Notes: generated by a model from the letters alone, not told the origin. A DNA stretch of 64,000 bases from a virus (IMGVR_UViG_3300047469_000094), one strand, 5' to 3'; numbered from the stretch's first letter, positions 30,001-40,024 are shown. Program-made: numbers and translations.

Positions 30001-30042
30001 GATGTTACCCTTGTTGAAATTTAGTTTTAGTGGTTGGTTGAG

Positions 30043-30279
30043 TTAGTTGCGGGTACCGCGTTGATTGTGAGCTCGACTGCTCCGTTTGAGCCTGGCAAGT
30101 TCTTCCTCTTTCCGCTCTTTCTCTTTACGAGAGTTGCTGAATGAGGCCTTTGCGTATCCTGCCAGAGCACCTAGTCCGACTAGTGCCCCTGCCATCAAGA
30201 CGTATACCGCACCTTCTCCGGCACCCATGGGAGTGCTGGACTCCAAGTGTTCAAGTGGGGCTCTCATGCATCCTCCCAT
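30043..30279 (-). CDS. single-pass membrane protein
   Basis: VYVLMAGALVGLGALAGY segment. Confidence 0.65.
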   Translation of the reverse strand: MGGCMRAPLEHLESSTPMGAGEGAVYVLMAGALVGLGALAGYAKASFSNSRKEKERKEEELARLKRSSRAHNQRGTRN

Positions 30280-30321
30280 GAGTTGTTAAGTTGTAGGGCC
30301 TCAGTATCAAGGCCCTGGTTA

Positions 30322-30495
30322 TTACGAAGCGTTCGGTTCGGTTTTCGGTGTTTTGAATTTACCAACGAGGATGCCGACGCCGGAACCAATGGCAAGAACT
30401 GCCAACCCAACGAGGAATGCTGCTGCTGCGTAGTTCACTACCGCCTCAGAACGTGTTTCCTGAGGGTATGAATCCAAACCCATTATCTCGGCCAT
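30322..30495 (-). CDS. single-pass membrane protein (57 aa, not in ORF track)
   Basis: Hand translation MAEIMGLDSYPQETRSEAVVNYAAAAFLVGLAVLAIGSGVGILVGKFKTPKTEPNAS; promoter at 30546. Confidence 0.7.
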   Translation of the reverse strand: MAEIMGLDSYPQETRSEAVVNYAAAAFLVGLAVLAIGSGVGILVGKFKTPKTEPNAS

Positions 30496-30568
30496 CGTCT
30501 CACCTGCTATTTATTGTTGAAGAGATATATTCCTTCTACACTATCCTTATACCTGAACCGCTACCTTG

Positions 30569-31033
30569 TTATTGAATTCCGACGAACTCACCAACTTCAA
30601 ACAGTGAAGATTTGCCGTTGATTACTACTTTTCGTCGGCAAATGAACTTAACGTTTTCCATTTCAGACCAGTCCTTTTCAGTAATGGAATCCGTCTTCAC
30701 GACGAGGTGGGTTTCCGGAATCAAGTCACCCAACTTGACTTCCGGTTTATACGCCTTCTTTACATAGAAGGTTATTGGGTTTTCCAGGTTCTCCTGTACG
30801 ATACTTTCGCCGTTAGGCATGGTGACTGCCTTCTTGGCCAAGAGCTCCTTCGCAACGTTGCTGAGTTCTTCAGCAAAGAAGTCGCCGATGTCTTGTTGTT
30901 TCTTCCGTGGGAAGAGTGCTGCCTTGAGGTATCCGATACCCGTGGCTGCAAATACGAGTGCCATGCCTGTCATGAACACTGCTGCACCGTAGTTGCCTGC
31001 TGCTTCTGAATTAGTTTCGTGACCGTAGCGCAT
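30569..31033 (-). CDS. N-terminally anchored membrane protein
   Basis: ETNSEAAGNYGAAVFMTGMALVFAATGIGYL, similar to 30322-30495; promoter at 31095. Confidence 0.75.
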   Translation of the reverse strand: MRYGHETNSEAAGNYGAAVFMTGMALVFAATGIGYLKAALFPRKKQQDIGDFFAEELSNVAKELLAKKAVTMPNGESIVQENLENPITFYVKKAYKPEVKLGDLIPETHLVVKTDSITEKDWSEMENVKFICRRKVVINGKSSLFEVGEFVGIQ

Positions 31034-31173
31034 TCTGATTCTCCAGTGATGTGGGGAAGCATTCGTGAATAGGAGGTACTCCTTCTACACAGTACTTATA
31101 CCTCAATGGCATCCTCGTAATTGAACCTCAGTTAAAATCCCAGATACCTAACCTTCACCAGGCCAATACATTC

Positions 31174-32994
31174 ATGGCAGACCAAAAATACACAACTCCC
31201 GGCTCAGTAATGATCAAGCACATGCTTCCTGTAGGTGCTCGGGAGAAGTACGATCTACACCGCGTCCTAGATAAGGGTGGGGTGCAAGGACTTATTCAGC
31301 TACTCATCAAGAACGAAGATTCTGACTTCGAGGTCATCAACGATCTCGCTCGACTGTTCTTTGGCAAGGCCACTGAGATCGGGGCTTCGACCCCCCTCTC
31401 TGACTACATCAACGATTCCAGCGAGCGAGCTGCTTTGCTGGGGGAGTTCGAGCATAAGGTTGCAGAGATTCTAAAAAGCAAGGTTTCGACTCAGGAGAAG
31501 TCGAATGCCCTGTCTACTCTTGCCGCAGATATGTCGGGCAAAATCAGTAAGCAGAACATCAACTACTTGGCCAGCCGAGGCTCTACCGCAGCGAAGATGG
31601 CTGCTACGGGTGCTCGTGGTAACCCGTCTCAGTTGGCTTGGGGTACATCCTCTCCACTCATGGCGGCAGACGTACGGGGTATGCCGGTACCAATCGCGGT
31701 AATGCACTCCTTTGCTGAGGGACTTACTCCTGGCGAGTACTTGGCGATGTCTTACGCCGGTCGAGCCTCTACCGTAGCCGCACAGCTATCTACGTCTCTA
31801 CCCGGTGCCCTGTTTAAGAAGCTGACTCCGAACGTCTACCACGAGGTCGTGACGGTCCCTGACTGCCATACCGTAAACGGTGTTATGACTCCGTCAACTG
31901 ATCGGAAGGCTTTGATCGGTCGATACGAAGCAGGGACCAACAAGTTCATTGATGAAGCGTATCAACGTGAACTTGAGCAGAGTCATAAACAGGTGAAAGT
32001 TCGTAACACCATGACTTGCGAAGCGAAGAAAGGCGTATGCCAGAAATGCTACGGTCAAGCTTCAGACGGTCATCTCGTTACCATCGGTACTAACGTAGGT
32101 GTTATCGCATCTCAATCTGTGTCCGAACGTCTCACCCAAGCGATGCTGGGTACTAAGCACTCCGGTGGTGTTGCTGGTAAAAAGCGAAATGCTTATGAAG
32201 AGGCAAGTAACCTCCTGAACAACCCTGCGGATAACTTCCAGGATGAGGCTACGATTTCCAAGTTGAATGGTACTGTATCTGAGATTCGTCAGACAGCACT
32301 GAAAGACCATGAGATATACGTCAATGGCGTACCTCACTTCGTAAGCCGAGAGCAGGATTTGACGGTTAAGAAAGGTCAGGAAATGAAGGCCGGTGATCAG
32401 ATGTCTACTGGTACAGTCAACCCTCGTAAGCTCGTATCCTTGAAAGGGGTTGGTGCAGGTCGTCTTTACATGGCTAACAAACTCCGTGATATCTACGGCT
32501 CAGGCCTTGATACTCGTCACTTCGATTTGATTGCTCGTAACCTCATCAAATACGTCAAGGTAAACGATCCGGGTGAAACCGGGTTCCTGCCGGGACAAGA
32601 GATCGACGTTAACCAGATCCAAGATGAGCTGGCGAAGAACAGTGAAGCAGTTCCAATCCACAGCGCAGTTGGACGTACTCTGTCACACGGCGTTCTGGAA
32701 GAAGTACCGGGTACCTACCTGACTCAGAACCACGTTGATAGCTTGGCAATGCGTGGGATCAGCTCTATCCATGCAACGACTTCAGGTTTGAAAGTGACTC
32801 CGTTGGTCCCAGGTCTTCAGTCGGCTAAGCTTCTTGACCCTAACTGGATCTCTAAACTGGCCTTCAACAAGATCCGCTCTACCATCCAGGAATCGGCTGC
32901 TATTGGATCTTCTTCGAAAATCCATGATACTGATCCTATCACTCCGTATGTAATGGGCCGAGACTTTGGCCAAGGCAATCCTGGGGAGTATTAA
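31174..32994 (+). CDS. RNA polymerase beta' C-terminal fragment
   Basis: GARGNPSQL, SFAEGL, bridge helix YAGRASTV, CEAKKGVCQKCYG Zn site, trigger loop SERLTQAMLGTKHSGG. Confidence 0.9.
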   Translation: MADQKYTTPGSVMIKHMLPVGAREKYDLHRVLDKGGVQGLIQLLIKNEDSDFEVINDLARLFFGKATEIGASTPLSDYINDSSERAALLGEFEHKVAEILKSKVSTQEKSNALSTLAADMSGKISKQNINYLASRGSTAAKMAATGARGNPSQLAWGTSSPLMAADVRGMPVPIAVMHSFAEGLTPGEYLAMSYAGRASTVAAQLSTSLPGALFKKLTPNVYHEVVTVPDCHTVNGVMTPSTDRKALIGRYEAGTNKFIDEAYQRELEQSHKQVKVRNTMTCEAKKGVCQKCYGQASDGHLVTIGTNVGVIASQSVSERLTQAMLGTKHSGGVAGKKRNAYEEASNLLNNPADNFQDEATISKLNGTVSEIRQTALKDHEIYVNGVPHFVSREQDLTVKKGQEMKAGDQMSTGTVNPRKLVSLKGVGAGRLYMANKLRDIYGSGLDTRHFDLIARNLIKYVKVNDPGETGFLPGQEIDVNQIQDELAKNSEAVPIHSAVGRTLSHGVLEEVPGTYLTQNHVDSLAMRGISSIHATTSGLKVTPLVPGLQSAKLLDPNWISKLAFNKIRSTIQESAAIGSSSKIHDTDPITPYVMGRDFGQGNPGEY

Positions 32995-33782
32995 TGGCTA
33001 GTGCAGCAGCAGGTCCTACTTCTTCAAGTGCGTTCCGCCAAGCCCTCCAATCTGAAATGGATATTCAGCTTGGGGGTAACTTCTCTATTCTCGGTTCATA
33101 CCAAGATGTAGATAAGATCATCGTAGGTGTTATCGCTACTGAATCGGGTGCAGGACTAAACTGGGGCAACGTTGACGTTGCTCACAGAATGGTTCCTGCG
33201 ACGTCAGGCTTCGGCTTATCGTTTGAACAACACCAAGTAACTCAGAACGCACGTAAAAGCTTGGCGGTCAACCAGTCAAATCTGAGTCAGGGTCGATTAG
33301 CTCAATCCTTGCTTGGAACGATGGGTGCCTATCTTATCCGGGGATTACAGCTAGGACCTAAAGGGTTCGGGCACGTACAGAACAACTACAAGTCAGTTGC
33401 TGAGGCCATGGATCTTCTGGTAAATCCTGGGGAGTCCATTACGGCTAGGTTTACTCAAGATGCGGATGGACTTCGGAGGGGTTTATTTGCAGGTCTTTGT
33501 ATTCTAGAGACCAACTACAAAATATTCCTGAAGAAGTATCCAGGTAACAAAACTGCTGCAATTGAGGCTACTATCCGATCACACCTCGGAGACCCAAACT
33601 CAGTTGACGCCGTCACAGGCATTTCCTCCGGCGACTACTTGTCCCGAGTAATGAACAGTGCAAACTCCTATGCAGGAGGTTCATCTAAATACATGGGTGT
33701 ATCTAATAACTCGGTTAAGGTTGCACAAAGTACTGGGTACCGCCCAGGTACCTCACCGGGCTGCGGAGTGACTCCATCCTAA
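32994..33782 (+). CDS. putative lytic transglycosylase (lysozyme-like fold)
   Basis: VIATESG catalytic-Glu motif, GLQ, LVNP, G...L, RSHLG arrangement resembles SLT domains. Confidence 0.45.
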   Translation: MASAAAGPTSSSAFRQALQSEMDIQLGGNFSILGSYQDVDKIIVGVIATESGAGLNWGNVDVAHRMVPATSGFGLSFEQHQVTQNARKSLAVNQSNLSQGRLAQSLLGTMGAYLIRGLQLGPKGFGHVQNNYKSVAEAMDLLVNPGESITARFTQDADGLRRGLFAGLCILETNYKIFLKKYPGNKTAAIEATIRSHLGDPNSVDAVTGISSGDYLSRVMNSANSYAGGSSKYMGVSNNSVKVAQSTGYRPGTSPGCGVTPS

Positions 33783-33812
33783 AAAGAACCGGGCGATTAA
33801 GCCCGGTTTTTA

Positions 33813-35111
33813 TTACACAACCAAATGAGGAATGAACCGTTCGTTCATTGTCTCAATGATTTCGTTATCAAACTCTCGGAAGCACAGAGTACCTGCACGA
33901 GCGTAGAGGTTGTTTCGAGAACAGTGTGGGGCCATCCAAACACCTGCGATGAAGTTCTTGCCTTGACGTACGCTACCAGCAGGGCAGAGTTCTTGATATA
34001 CCCGTTCGGTGTCACCGTAGTACCCTTCACTAGATACGATTACTTCACCATCCGCACCGAGAAATTCGATGTTGGAGGATAGGCGACCAAGAGAAGGTTT
34101 GGACACTTGTGGATTGCCGAGAAGGGGTTCTTTGCTCATATACGTCTTGAGTAAGGGGAGGTCCTTCCAGGCATGAGCCCAACGTGATTCTTCAGACATC
34201 ATGCATGTCATTAAAGCCCATACACCTTTGTTCGACATGAACCATCTCCAAGACGGTTCCATGATTACAACTGAGTCTGCCCATTGCTTCCAGTTAAGGA
34301 ATGCAGCGGGGAACGCCGTCACCATTTCTTCCCACGGGGAAAGAACGAACATGCCATCGAGAACGATATCACTGTATATGAAAGGTTTACTACCGCCTGC
34401 ATGATCGTAATCTAGCTCTTTGATATCAACCATGAAAGCAGTTACGTGCTGACCCAAGAGCTCGGTAAGGATTTCGCAAGTAGCCATATCCTCGATGTAG
34501 TCGGAGTTAAAAACAATTGCAAACTTATCGCAGAGGCCTAGTCGATGCTGACGAAGAGACTCGGAGATACGTTCGTAGTACTCGTTGAATTGAGACTCAC
34601 CCGTAATATCGATCTGACGAACGAAGTCACTCTCTAAAGCAGTGGACTCGAATAGCATCACGGGAGTATCGCCGTTGAACTCATAGACTCCAGTAACTCG
34701 GTCTGTCTTCGGATCAATGGCCATATCGAATCTACCGTACAAAGCTTGGCTCAGCATGTTCTTTTGACGGAACGTGTGCTGAGCATAGTCGATAAAGGCC
34801 AGACCTTCGTTTGAGCGGAGCATTTCACAGTCGTAGAACTGAGGAATCAGAACTGGGTTTTCAAACAAGTAATCGACTGCGTTGATCATCGCACCGTAGA
34901 CGTCTTCAGCAACGGTCGCAATATCATCACAAGCTATGCCACTGATGGTGTAGAAAGGCATTGCCTCCTTGTTAGCCAGTGGGAACGAAAACAGATCTTT
35001 CACGTCATTTCGTAATTCTTGAGTAGAGTTATAAAACTCGCTCAGATATGGAAGATGTGTAGGGAGGACGTTTTCGATGTCGAAGTTAATTTTGTATCTT
35101 TCGAAATTCAT
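33813..35111 (-). CDS. glutathionylspermidine synthase-like ATP-grasp protein (YgiC/YjfC-like)
   Basis: LYGRFD, YEFNGDTPVMLFES, FVLSPWE, MEPSW, KPSLGRLSSNI, VYQE. Confidence 0.88.
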   Translation of the reverse strand: MNFERYKINFDIENVLPTHLPYLSEFYNSTQELRNDVKDLFSFPLANKEAMPFYTISGIACDDIATVAEDVYGAMINAVDYLFENPVLIPQFYDCEMLRSNEGLAFIDYAQHTFRQKNMLSQALYGRFDMAIDPKTDRVTGVYEFNGDTPVMLFESTALESDFVRQIDITGESQFNEYYERISESLRQHRLGLCDKFAIVFNSDYIEDMATCEILTELLGQHVTAFMVDIKELDYDHAGGSKPFIYSDIVLDGMFVLSPWEEMVTAFPAAFLNWKQWADSVVIMEPSWRWFMSNKGVWALMTCMMSEESRWAHAWKDLPLLKTYMSKEPLLGNPQVSKPSLGRLSSNIEFLGADGEVIVSSEGYYGDTERVYQELCPAGSVRQGKNFIAGVWMAPHCSRNNLYARAGTLCFREFDNEIIETMNERFIPHLVV

Positions 35112-35113
35112 TA

Positions 35114-35728
35114 TTAGGAACCCATACCATAGCCGCCAGAGCGAGCAGAAGATGAGGAAGCAAATACGCCACTTGAACGCGAGCTTACCGCAGCCCTTAC
35201 GTTGCTAGATAAGCCTGGGCTTGCGTATAGCCGTGTTCTATTCTGAGCTACCATTGAATTTACGTAACCAGAGGTATATTCGTTCTTTTTCTTCCTCTGG
35301 TCTTCCTGGCTGTAATATGAATCGCTGAATGGGGGGTTGCTTCTTGTGTAGTTACTAACCCCGCCTGAGCTTATCATGTGGCTCACCAATGCACCTGCGG
35401 CGACTCCTCCTAAAATAGGCCAGACCGTTTCTGACACTGAAGAAGCAGACTCCTTGGTAGGAGCGTCTCGAACGACGTGTAATTGTCTCCCGCCGTTCTC
35501 ATCCGAGGAGTAGTACAGATCTTTTACGGAAGGATCAGTTCTATGGAGTTCTTCTAAAGACTTTTTGAGTTCTACCTCCTCTTTAGAGATAGACTCCATA
35601 GTCTGAGACTTTGTCTCTTGTTCGACATAGTCATGAACGTCATCAGTAGACGGCTCTTCTCCGTCACAACCAGCGAGGGTCAAAGTTGCAGTAAGTACCG
35701 AAAGAGCAAGAGCAGATTTTGTAAACAT
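35114..35728 (-). CDS. lipoprotein, DUF1190 (YgiB/YjfM)-like
   Basis: LAGC lipobox; GGVAAG mid-motif; Ser/Gly-rich tail ending RSGGYG; adjacent to the GSP synthase-like gene. Confidence 0.7.
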   Translation of the reverse strand: MFTKSALALSVLTATLTLAGCDGEEPSTDDVHDYVEQETKSQTMESISKEEVELKKSLEELHRTDPSVKDLYYSSDENGGRQLHVVRDAPTKESASSVSETVWPILGGVAAGALVSHMISSGGVSNYTRSNPPFSDSYYSQEDQRKKKNEYTSGYVNSMVAQNRTRLYASPGLSSNVRAAVSSRSSGVFASSSSARSGGYGMGS

Positions 35729-35832
35729 CGCTATTAGTCCTGAGTTATTGGGGTTACATAGTGGTTATACCACACTACCCATCAATCGTTAAAATAGACA
35801 CATTAGCTTCCTAGCCGGAAAGTGGATCAACT

Positions 35833-37743
35833 ATGGATTTCCCCGAAATCGCAATGCAAAAGCTTAGCCAGACTGCCCCTGAACTGGTTAACCTAATCGT
35901 CGCCTTCCGCGACATTTCAGAGGAGGCATCTGCGGAGATTGACGTTACCGTGGGTGCGTTCATTCTTCAGTCTGGGGCTTCTTCGTATTACATCCCTGTA
36001 ATTAAAAAAGACCACACTACCCACCCTATCGATTCGGTGTTCTTCTGTGACGAGCGGAAATTCCGCCCTCTGTCGAAGAGTACTGTTAGCCGTATCCTTA
36101 ACGCTAGCAAGATTGATCCGGGTAAGAAAGCCAAAGTTCCTAAGGGCGTATCCCGTAACCCAAGCGTTTACGACTTGGTAAATCCACCACGTACCGGCAA
36201 ATTTGTATATGCAAGTGACAGTCGAGTTACCGAGTTTCTGGCATCTACTCCTAATCACATCAAAGCTTTTGTTCGTACTCGCGTTCGTGACGACTCCGAA
36301 TTGGCTAACAAGATCCACAAGATCTACGGAATCGAAGACTTCATCAACGCCCTGAAAGACGTTGAAGTCGAAGCTCCTCAACGCCATGAAATTGATGCCA
36401 AGGCTGTTCTCACTTACGGTGATGCTTTGGATGACGCTCAGGTCAAAGAAGTGCTGGACAAAGGTTACTCCCTGAATCACTCGTATCCTCACGCAAGTCG
36501 TGTGGCTATTCCTCAGGAAGAGTTTGAGTACCATGGTCAACTGCACCAACTGACTACTGCTACTGAACAAGGTAAATGTTTCCGTCTCATGACTTCCGAT
36601 GGCAACATCGTTGAAGCCTATGTGGCCAAGGAAGAGATCCGAGTTCCTACCAAATTGAAGTCTCCACACGAACCAAGTCTGCGTTCTAACACACCAGTAG
36701 TTCGTCGTGGCTTCGTGGTTACTTCTTCAGGTCGTGCCCTTCCTCTGACTCGATTCATCGCGGTCGGTGATGAGCTTGTAGGTCAGGAAAGCAATCTGGA
36801 AGTCGTATCCCGTATTCTGAGCAAGTTCAGTGCTACTAACCCTATCACTACTTGTCGTGACCTACAGTCGCATCAGCGAGTTGCAGTTCTGACCCCAGGC
36901 TTGGGAATCCTCGTTACGGGCACTACTCGTAAAGTGAATATCCGCCAAGATGCAGTAACTGTTGATGTCGATACTACCGACGGTGCTGTTAAGGTTTCTT
37001 TCATCAAGGGACTGAAGTCGGTACTTACTGATGCTTCTGGAGTTATCTGCATTCCAGATGGCTACCCAGTTCTGCAACTCGGTCGTAACTACGAGGATGA
37101 AGAAGAGGCCCGTAGCATTGACGACATGAGCGTCAACACTGCTAAGGCTCTGTTGTCTGCACAGGCAATGGTTACTCTACAGGATCGTCTGAGCATTACT
37201 CATGACGGTGTGGACTTCGGCTTCAACGGTTCTTCTGTCGGCCCAGCCCACAAAGCAATCGAGATGCTAATAGTCAATGAAGGCGTGGAGCCTTCCCGTG
37301 CGGAGTCATTGGTTAAGCGTGCCGCCCTGACTCGTAAATGCAATGTTTTGATGTCGAAGAAAGCTGATTTCAGTCCTGGAGAAATCCCAGAGTTTGGAGA
37401 AAAACCTCAGCCACAAGCCGAAACCAAGATGAGTTCTGCTAATATCGGACAAGCACTTGACTCCGGGGATAAACAGATTGCAGACGCAATGGTTATTTCT
37501 GAGCTCTTGCAGTCACCTGACTTGTTCAGCGTGATCGCAGAGTACCTCCCTGATATCAATGAAGCAGTTGATCGCCTAGGCCGGATTCTGTTCATGAGTC
37601 GTGTACGCATGGATCAACTTATCCAGGCTAGCGGTAGTGACTCGGCAATGTCTACAATTGCATCGGTTAAGGCTGTATACCGCAACCTTGGAGATAACCT
37701 GGTTAAACTGGAGCAGCTAATCTCCAATGTCAAAGCGTCATAA
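35833..37743 (+). CDS. putative virion structural protein
   Basis: 636 aa; late motif at 35788; first gene of the head cluster. Confidence 0.7.
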   Translation: MDFPEIAMQKLSQTAPELVNLIVAFRDISEEASAEIDVTVGAFILQSGASSYYIPVIKKDHTTHPIDSVFFCDERKFRPLSKSTVSRILNASKIDPGKKAKVPKGVSRNPSVYDLVNPPRTGKFVYASDSRVTEFLASTPNHIKAFVRTRVRDDSELANKIHKIYGIEDFINALKDVEVEAPQRHEIDAKAVLTYGDALDDAQVKEVLDKGYSLNHSYPHASRVAIPQEEFEYHGQLHQLTTATEQGKCFRLMTSDGNIVEAYVAKEEIRVPTKLKSPHEPSLRSNTPVVRRGFVVTSSGRALPLTRFIAVGDELVGQESNLEVVSRILSKFSATNPITTCRDLQSHQRVAVLTPGLGILVTGTTRKVNIRQDAVTVDVDTTDGAVKVSFIKGLKSVLTDASGVICIPDGYPVLQLGRNYEDEEEARSIDDMSVNTAKALLSAQAMVTLQDRLSITHDGVDFGFNGSSVGPAHKAIEMLIVNEGVEPSRAESLVKRAALTRKCNVLMSKKADFSPGEIPEFGEKPQPQAETKMSSANIGQALDSGDKQIADAMVISELLQSPDLFSVIAEYLPDINEAVDRLGRILFMSRVRMDQLIQASGSDSAMSTIASVKAVYRNLGDNLVKLEQLISNVKAS

Positions 37744-38440
37744 CTACCGGGAGATTCTTCTACGTAAGGAGCAGGTCGGTGAGGATGAGATGGTCGATGA
37801 TATCCTCACAAACCCCACTGGGGAAAACGGCCTGCTATTTCAGAGAGTCAAACCGTTGAACGAAAGTGACCTAAAGCGTCACTACATAGAGGCCTGCCTA
37901 CTTGCTTCTTCTAACTTTACGGAGATCGGCAGGATTCTCGACATCAGTCCAGAGTTGATTGAGTTCTACTCTAAAATATACTACATCACAGATGACATGG
38001 ATCGGCTGGATAAACTCCAGATGGCCAATGTCAGGAACAAAGAAGAAAGTACTCTCAAGCTTTGGGGCCTAACAGAAGGCCTTACGTTTTTGGCATGGAG
38101 GCTTGGAAAGAGAACTGATGTGACCCCTCCTCTGGATGGGTTGAAGCAGCTATTCGATACTTGCCTGTTCAAAGCCAAAGAGGCTTTTTTTAACAGCAGT
38201 GAATCTAAAGCAGCTCAAGAAAGCACTAAATGGGTGAAGTTATCCATGGACGTAGCCCGTCTCTTGAAGGCCTGGTCCACTGATGGTAACGAAGCTCAGA
38301 AAGAACTTGAGATACGGGTTAAGGAAGTTATCGCAACATTCCCTTCCGTTGACACTTTCAAAGACCTGTTCGAAGACGTGAGAAGTAAAGCGGCTGATGT
38401 TGATGTGCCTATCGAGAGTGATGAAGAGACCCCGGACTAA
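37727..38440 (+). CDS. hypothetical late protein
   Basis: 237 aa within the head operon. Confidence 0.7.
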   Translation: MSKRHNYREILLRKEQVGEDEMVDDILTNPTGENGLLFQRVKPLNESDLKRHYIEACLLASSNFTEIGRILDISPELIEFYSKIYYITDDMDRLDKLQMANVRNKEESTLKLWGLTEGLTFLAWRLGKRTDVTPPLDGLKQLFDTCLFKAKEAFFNSSESKAAQESTKWVKLSMDVARLLKAWSTDGNEAQKELEIRVKEVIATFPSVDTFKDLFEDVRSKAADVDVPIESDEETPD

Positions 38441-38442
38441 CT

Positions 38443-39459
38443 ATGCAATTTGATCAAGACACTATCAAGGAACTTTCGGTTTACGCCGTACAACAGTTCG
38501 TTTCGAACAAAGTTCCCCTCGATGTATCCATCGCGGAAAAAGCGAAGTCCTTGAAGTTGAACGAAGACCAAGTGAAACGGGTAGTCGAATCGACCAACGT
38601 TATCGCTTTCCTAAAGCTACGAGATGGTGCAGAGGATAAGACCTTTGAATTCCAAGTCGCAAGCTTCCCAGGAGTCATGGACGCAATCCTCGGTAATTTC
38701 CAAGATCGTGCCTACGTGGACGTGACAGGTCCGGAGTGTTCAACTCTGGATAAAGTCGCCTTCTCTGTGACCTCGGAAATTCCAGAAGATCAACGTCATC
38801 AGACGCTGTTCAAGGTTGCTGCTCATCTGAAAGCAGACCTGGAGAAGGTTGCTCAGGAACACTACAACTGTGTATCTGATCTTGAGCGAGCTATCCCAGT
38901 TTTGGTTAAGCAGGCTCACTGGCAGGAACGACTTGAATTCGCAGCTAAGGAAGACTTCGACCGAATCATGACTGCCTTTGGCAAGAGTGGTTTTGAGAAG
39001 GCTGCTAGCCTGAATGACATGGTCTTCGTAGGTCGTGAACTTGAAGTTGCTACTGCCGTTGTCAGCCTCATCAAACAAGCCGCTGAACTTCAAACCAAAC
39101 GTTCCGAATTGGAAGACCTGGAAAAGAAGGCAGGGTTTGCTCTGGGAAAGCTGCTAGGCATGGGTAAATCCGTAGTCGGGGGTGCATCAGCGTTTGCGAA
39201 AGACCCAGTCAAAGGACTTGCCTCTGCCGCAACCTACGTCCCAACCGCTGCTGCTAGCGGGACCTTCAAAGCCGCTCGTGCCATAGTCGCAAAGAAAATA
39301 CCTGACCCTACTAACGCTGCCAAGCATACGTATAAACTACGTAATAGAATCGGTCTTGGGGCCGTGGCTACCGTTGGTATTTCAGCGGCCTCTTACACGC
39401 CACCTGTCAATCAACGTACCGGACGTTCAAACGATGTCTGGTCCAACATTTACGAATAA
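38443..39459 (+). CDS. putative head protein with K-x-A motifs
   Basis: DKVAF, FKVAA, EKVAQ, VKQAH, EKAAS, IKQAA, EKKAG. Confidence 0.75.
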   Translation: MQFDQDTIKELSVYAVQQFVSNKVPLDVSIAEKAKSLKLNEDQVKRVVESTNVIAFLKLRDGAEDKTFEFQVASFPGVMDAILGNFQDRAYVDVTGPECSTLDKVAFSVTSEIPEDQRHQTLFKVAAHLKADLEKVAQEHYNCVSDLERAIPVLVKQAHWQERLEFAAKEDFDRIMTAFGKSGFEKAASLNDMVFVGRELEVATAVVSLIKQAAELQTKRSELEDLEKKAGFALGKLLGMGKSVVGGASAFAKDPVKGLASAATYVPTAAASGTFKAARAIVAKKIPDPTNAAKHTYKLRNRIGLGAVATVGISAASYTPPVNQRTGRSNDVWSNIYE

Positions 39460-39472
39460 CTGAGGAAATTCA

Positions 39473-40024
39473 ATGGACGTTCTAGAACTCCGCAAAGAAG
39501 CTCAAGAAAAGATGGGCTTCACTGATGCACAGGCTGACGCCTTTGTAGAGGGCTTCGTTAAAGAAGCTTCTATGTTTGACTATGAAACTCGCACTGGCGG
39601 TGACAAATCTCCTGGCGGCACTCTAGGTCAAGACGTAGTTAAAGGCATTGGTGACAGCTTCGGCAAGAGCATCGGCGGTGGTATCGGTAACCTGGCAGTC
39701 AACTCAGTTGTTAGCGGCATCGCTTCCCTAGTAGGCTCTGCTAAAGACTCCTTGCTGTATCGCAAGTTCACCGAGTCGTTGAAGACTGTGGTTGAGTCCA
39801 ATCGCATCGTTCGTAACGCCGACCGTAACAAAGTCATGTCGTACGCCGAAACCATTTTCAAATTTGCTCCACACGTTGCTTCTGATGTGAACCTGCTTAG
39901 CCAACTCCTGGCTAACGCAATTCACGGTGAAGGCGTTGACCCTAACACTATCGAGACCATCACCCGTCTTGAAGAACGTTATGGCCCAGGCCGCAACAGC
40001 TTCCAGCCTAAGCATTTGACTTAA
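39473..40024 (+). CDS. putative head protein
   Basis: RKEAQ, VKEAS; Gly-rich helix. Confidence 0.75.
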   Translation: MDVLELRKEAQEKMGFTDAQADAFVEGFVKEASMFDYETRTGGDKSPGGTLGQDVVKGIGDSFGKSIGGGIGNLAVNSVVSGIASLVGSAKDSLLYRKFTESLKTVVESNRIVRNADRNKVMSYAETIFKFAPHVASDVNLLSQLLANAIHGEGVDPNTIETITRLEERYGPGRNSFQPKHLT

